26,505 bases of DNA, from assembly GCA_048938855.1 (NCBI GenBank), contig JBHLLT010000033.1, positions 1 through 26,505 of the forward strand, in the 5' to 3' direction. A program made the translations under genes and the position numbers. Source of the DNA: Promethearchaeota archaeon (GTDB lineage: Archaea > Asgardarchaeota > Lokiarchaeia > Sigyniarchaeales > SOKP01). The notes under the pieces were generated by a model. The model had not been told where the DNA came from. It did not search any database and worked only from the letters and a program-made list of their open reading frames with translations. This document shows positions 26,121 through 26,505 of this stretch, piece after piece (within the stretch, counting starts at the first letter, position 1; each line of letters begins with the position of its first letter).

Positions 26121-26438
26121 TTTAATATTTCTTAAAATGGTGGTATTCCCGCGTTGATCGAAGCTCTAAAACATAGAGTTTATGCTAACATCAACAACCA
26201 GGAAGTTATTGAAGTTTCAGATAATATATGTGTATTTAGAATGAATGATTGTTGTATTCGATCTGCTAGAAAGCGTAGAGGTTTCTCAAGCATTCCATGT
26301 AAAGAAGTAGGAATACAAGAATATAGTTTATTTGCTAAGACTATAGATCCTCGAATTAAAACAGAATGTATTGCATGTCCTCCAGGTAACCATCCAGATA
26401 AATATTGGTGTGCATGAAAATTTACTATAACAAAATAA
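26121..26438 (+). pseudogene. Degenerate C-terminal remnant of a DUF6125-like (Cys-rich, V4R/ATC-hydrolase-like) gene
   Basis: The frame reads FNIS*NGGIPALIEALKHR...FRMNDC...ARKRRG...PCKEVG..EY..FAKTIDPRIKTECIACPP..HP..YWCA*KFTITK*. In-frame stops fall where the family (from memory) has E in ENGG and W in CAWxF, and the N-terminal part is missing. Confidence 0.65.
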
Positions 26439-26505
26439 AAGATAATGTAAAAGGACTTCTGGTCTCCTTTATATCATATTATAAAAACTTTAAAAGCGAC
26501 ATATC

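Noticed and set aside
26415-26417. In-frame TGA as selenocysteine or recoded Trp
   Set aside because: It aligns to a Trp rather than a Cys position, the same frame has an upstream TAA, and TGA is a normal stop for sdhB, fumC and the wHTH gene.
1-26505. CRISPR array, tRNA/rRNA, IS element, prophage or defence system
   Set aside because: No regularly spaced repeats, GC-rich structured RNA blocks, transposase, integrase or nuclease motifs were seen.

Overview
AT-rich (roughly 30% GC by eye) archaeal window, most likely from an Asgard archaeon (Lokiarchaeia-like). That inference rests on a gelsolin-like protein, a membrane-anchored winged-helix regulator, a zinc-ribbon/TPR protein, GGAGG/GGTGA Shine-Dalgarno sites, BRE/TATA-like promoters and oligo-T terminators. 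The backbone is a loose cluster of citric-acid-cycle genes: ATP citrate lyase aclBA (aclA runs off the left edge), succinyl-CoA synthetase sucCD, an SdhA/FrdA-SdhB/FrdB pair with no membrane anchor, fumarase fumC coupled to an FMN-dependent alpha-hydroxy-acid dehydrogenase, and an Aquifex-type aconitase followed by a Tmt1-like methyltransferase. Interleaved are peptide-utilisation genes (S41 and M28 peptidases, an M29 remnant, orphan dppBC permeases), a VOC protein, other methyltransferases, and a two-gene unit encoding a gelsolin-like domain fused to helical repeats plus a related helical-repeat protein. The best leads are: the ACL-containing TCA cluster with a candidate non-canonical malate dehydrogenase and a candidate trans-aconitate repair enzyme; the gelsolin/helical-rod pair; an ATT start codon for sucC; and several candidate operators. 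No rRNA, tRNA, CRISPR array or mobile element was recognised. All family calls come from motif recognition, not database searches.
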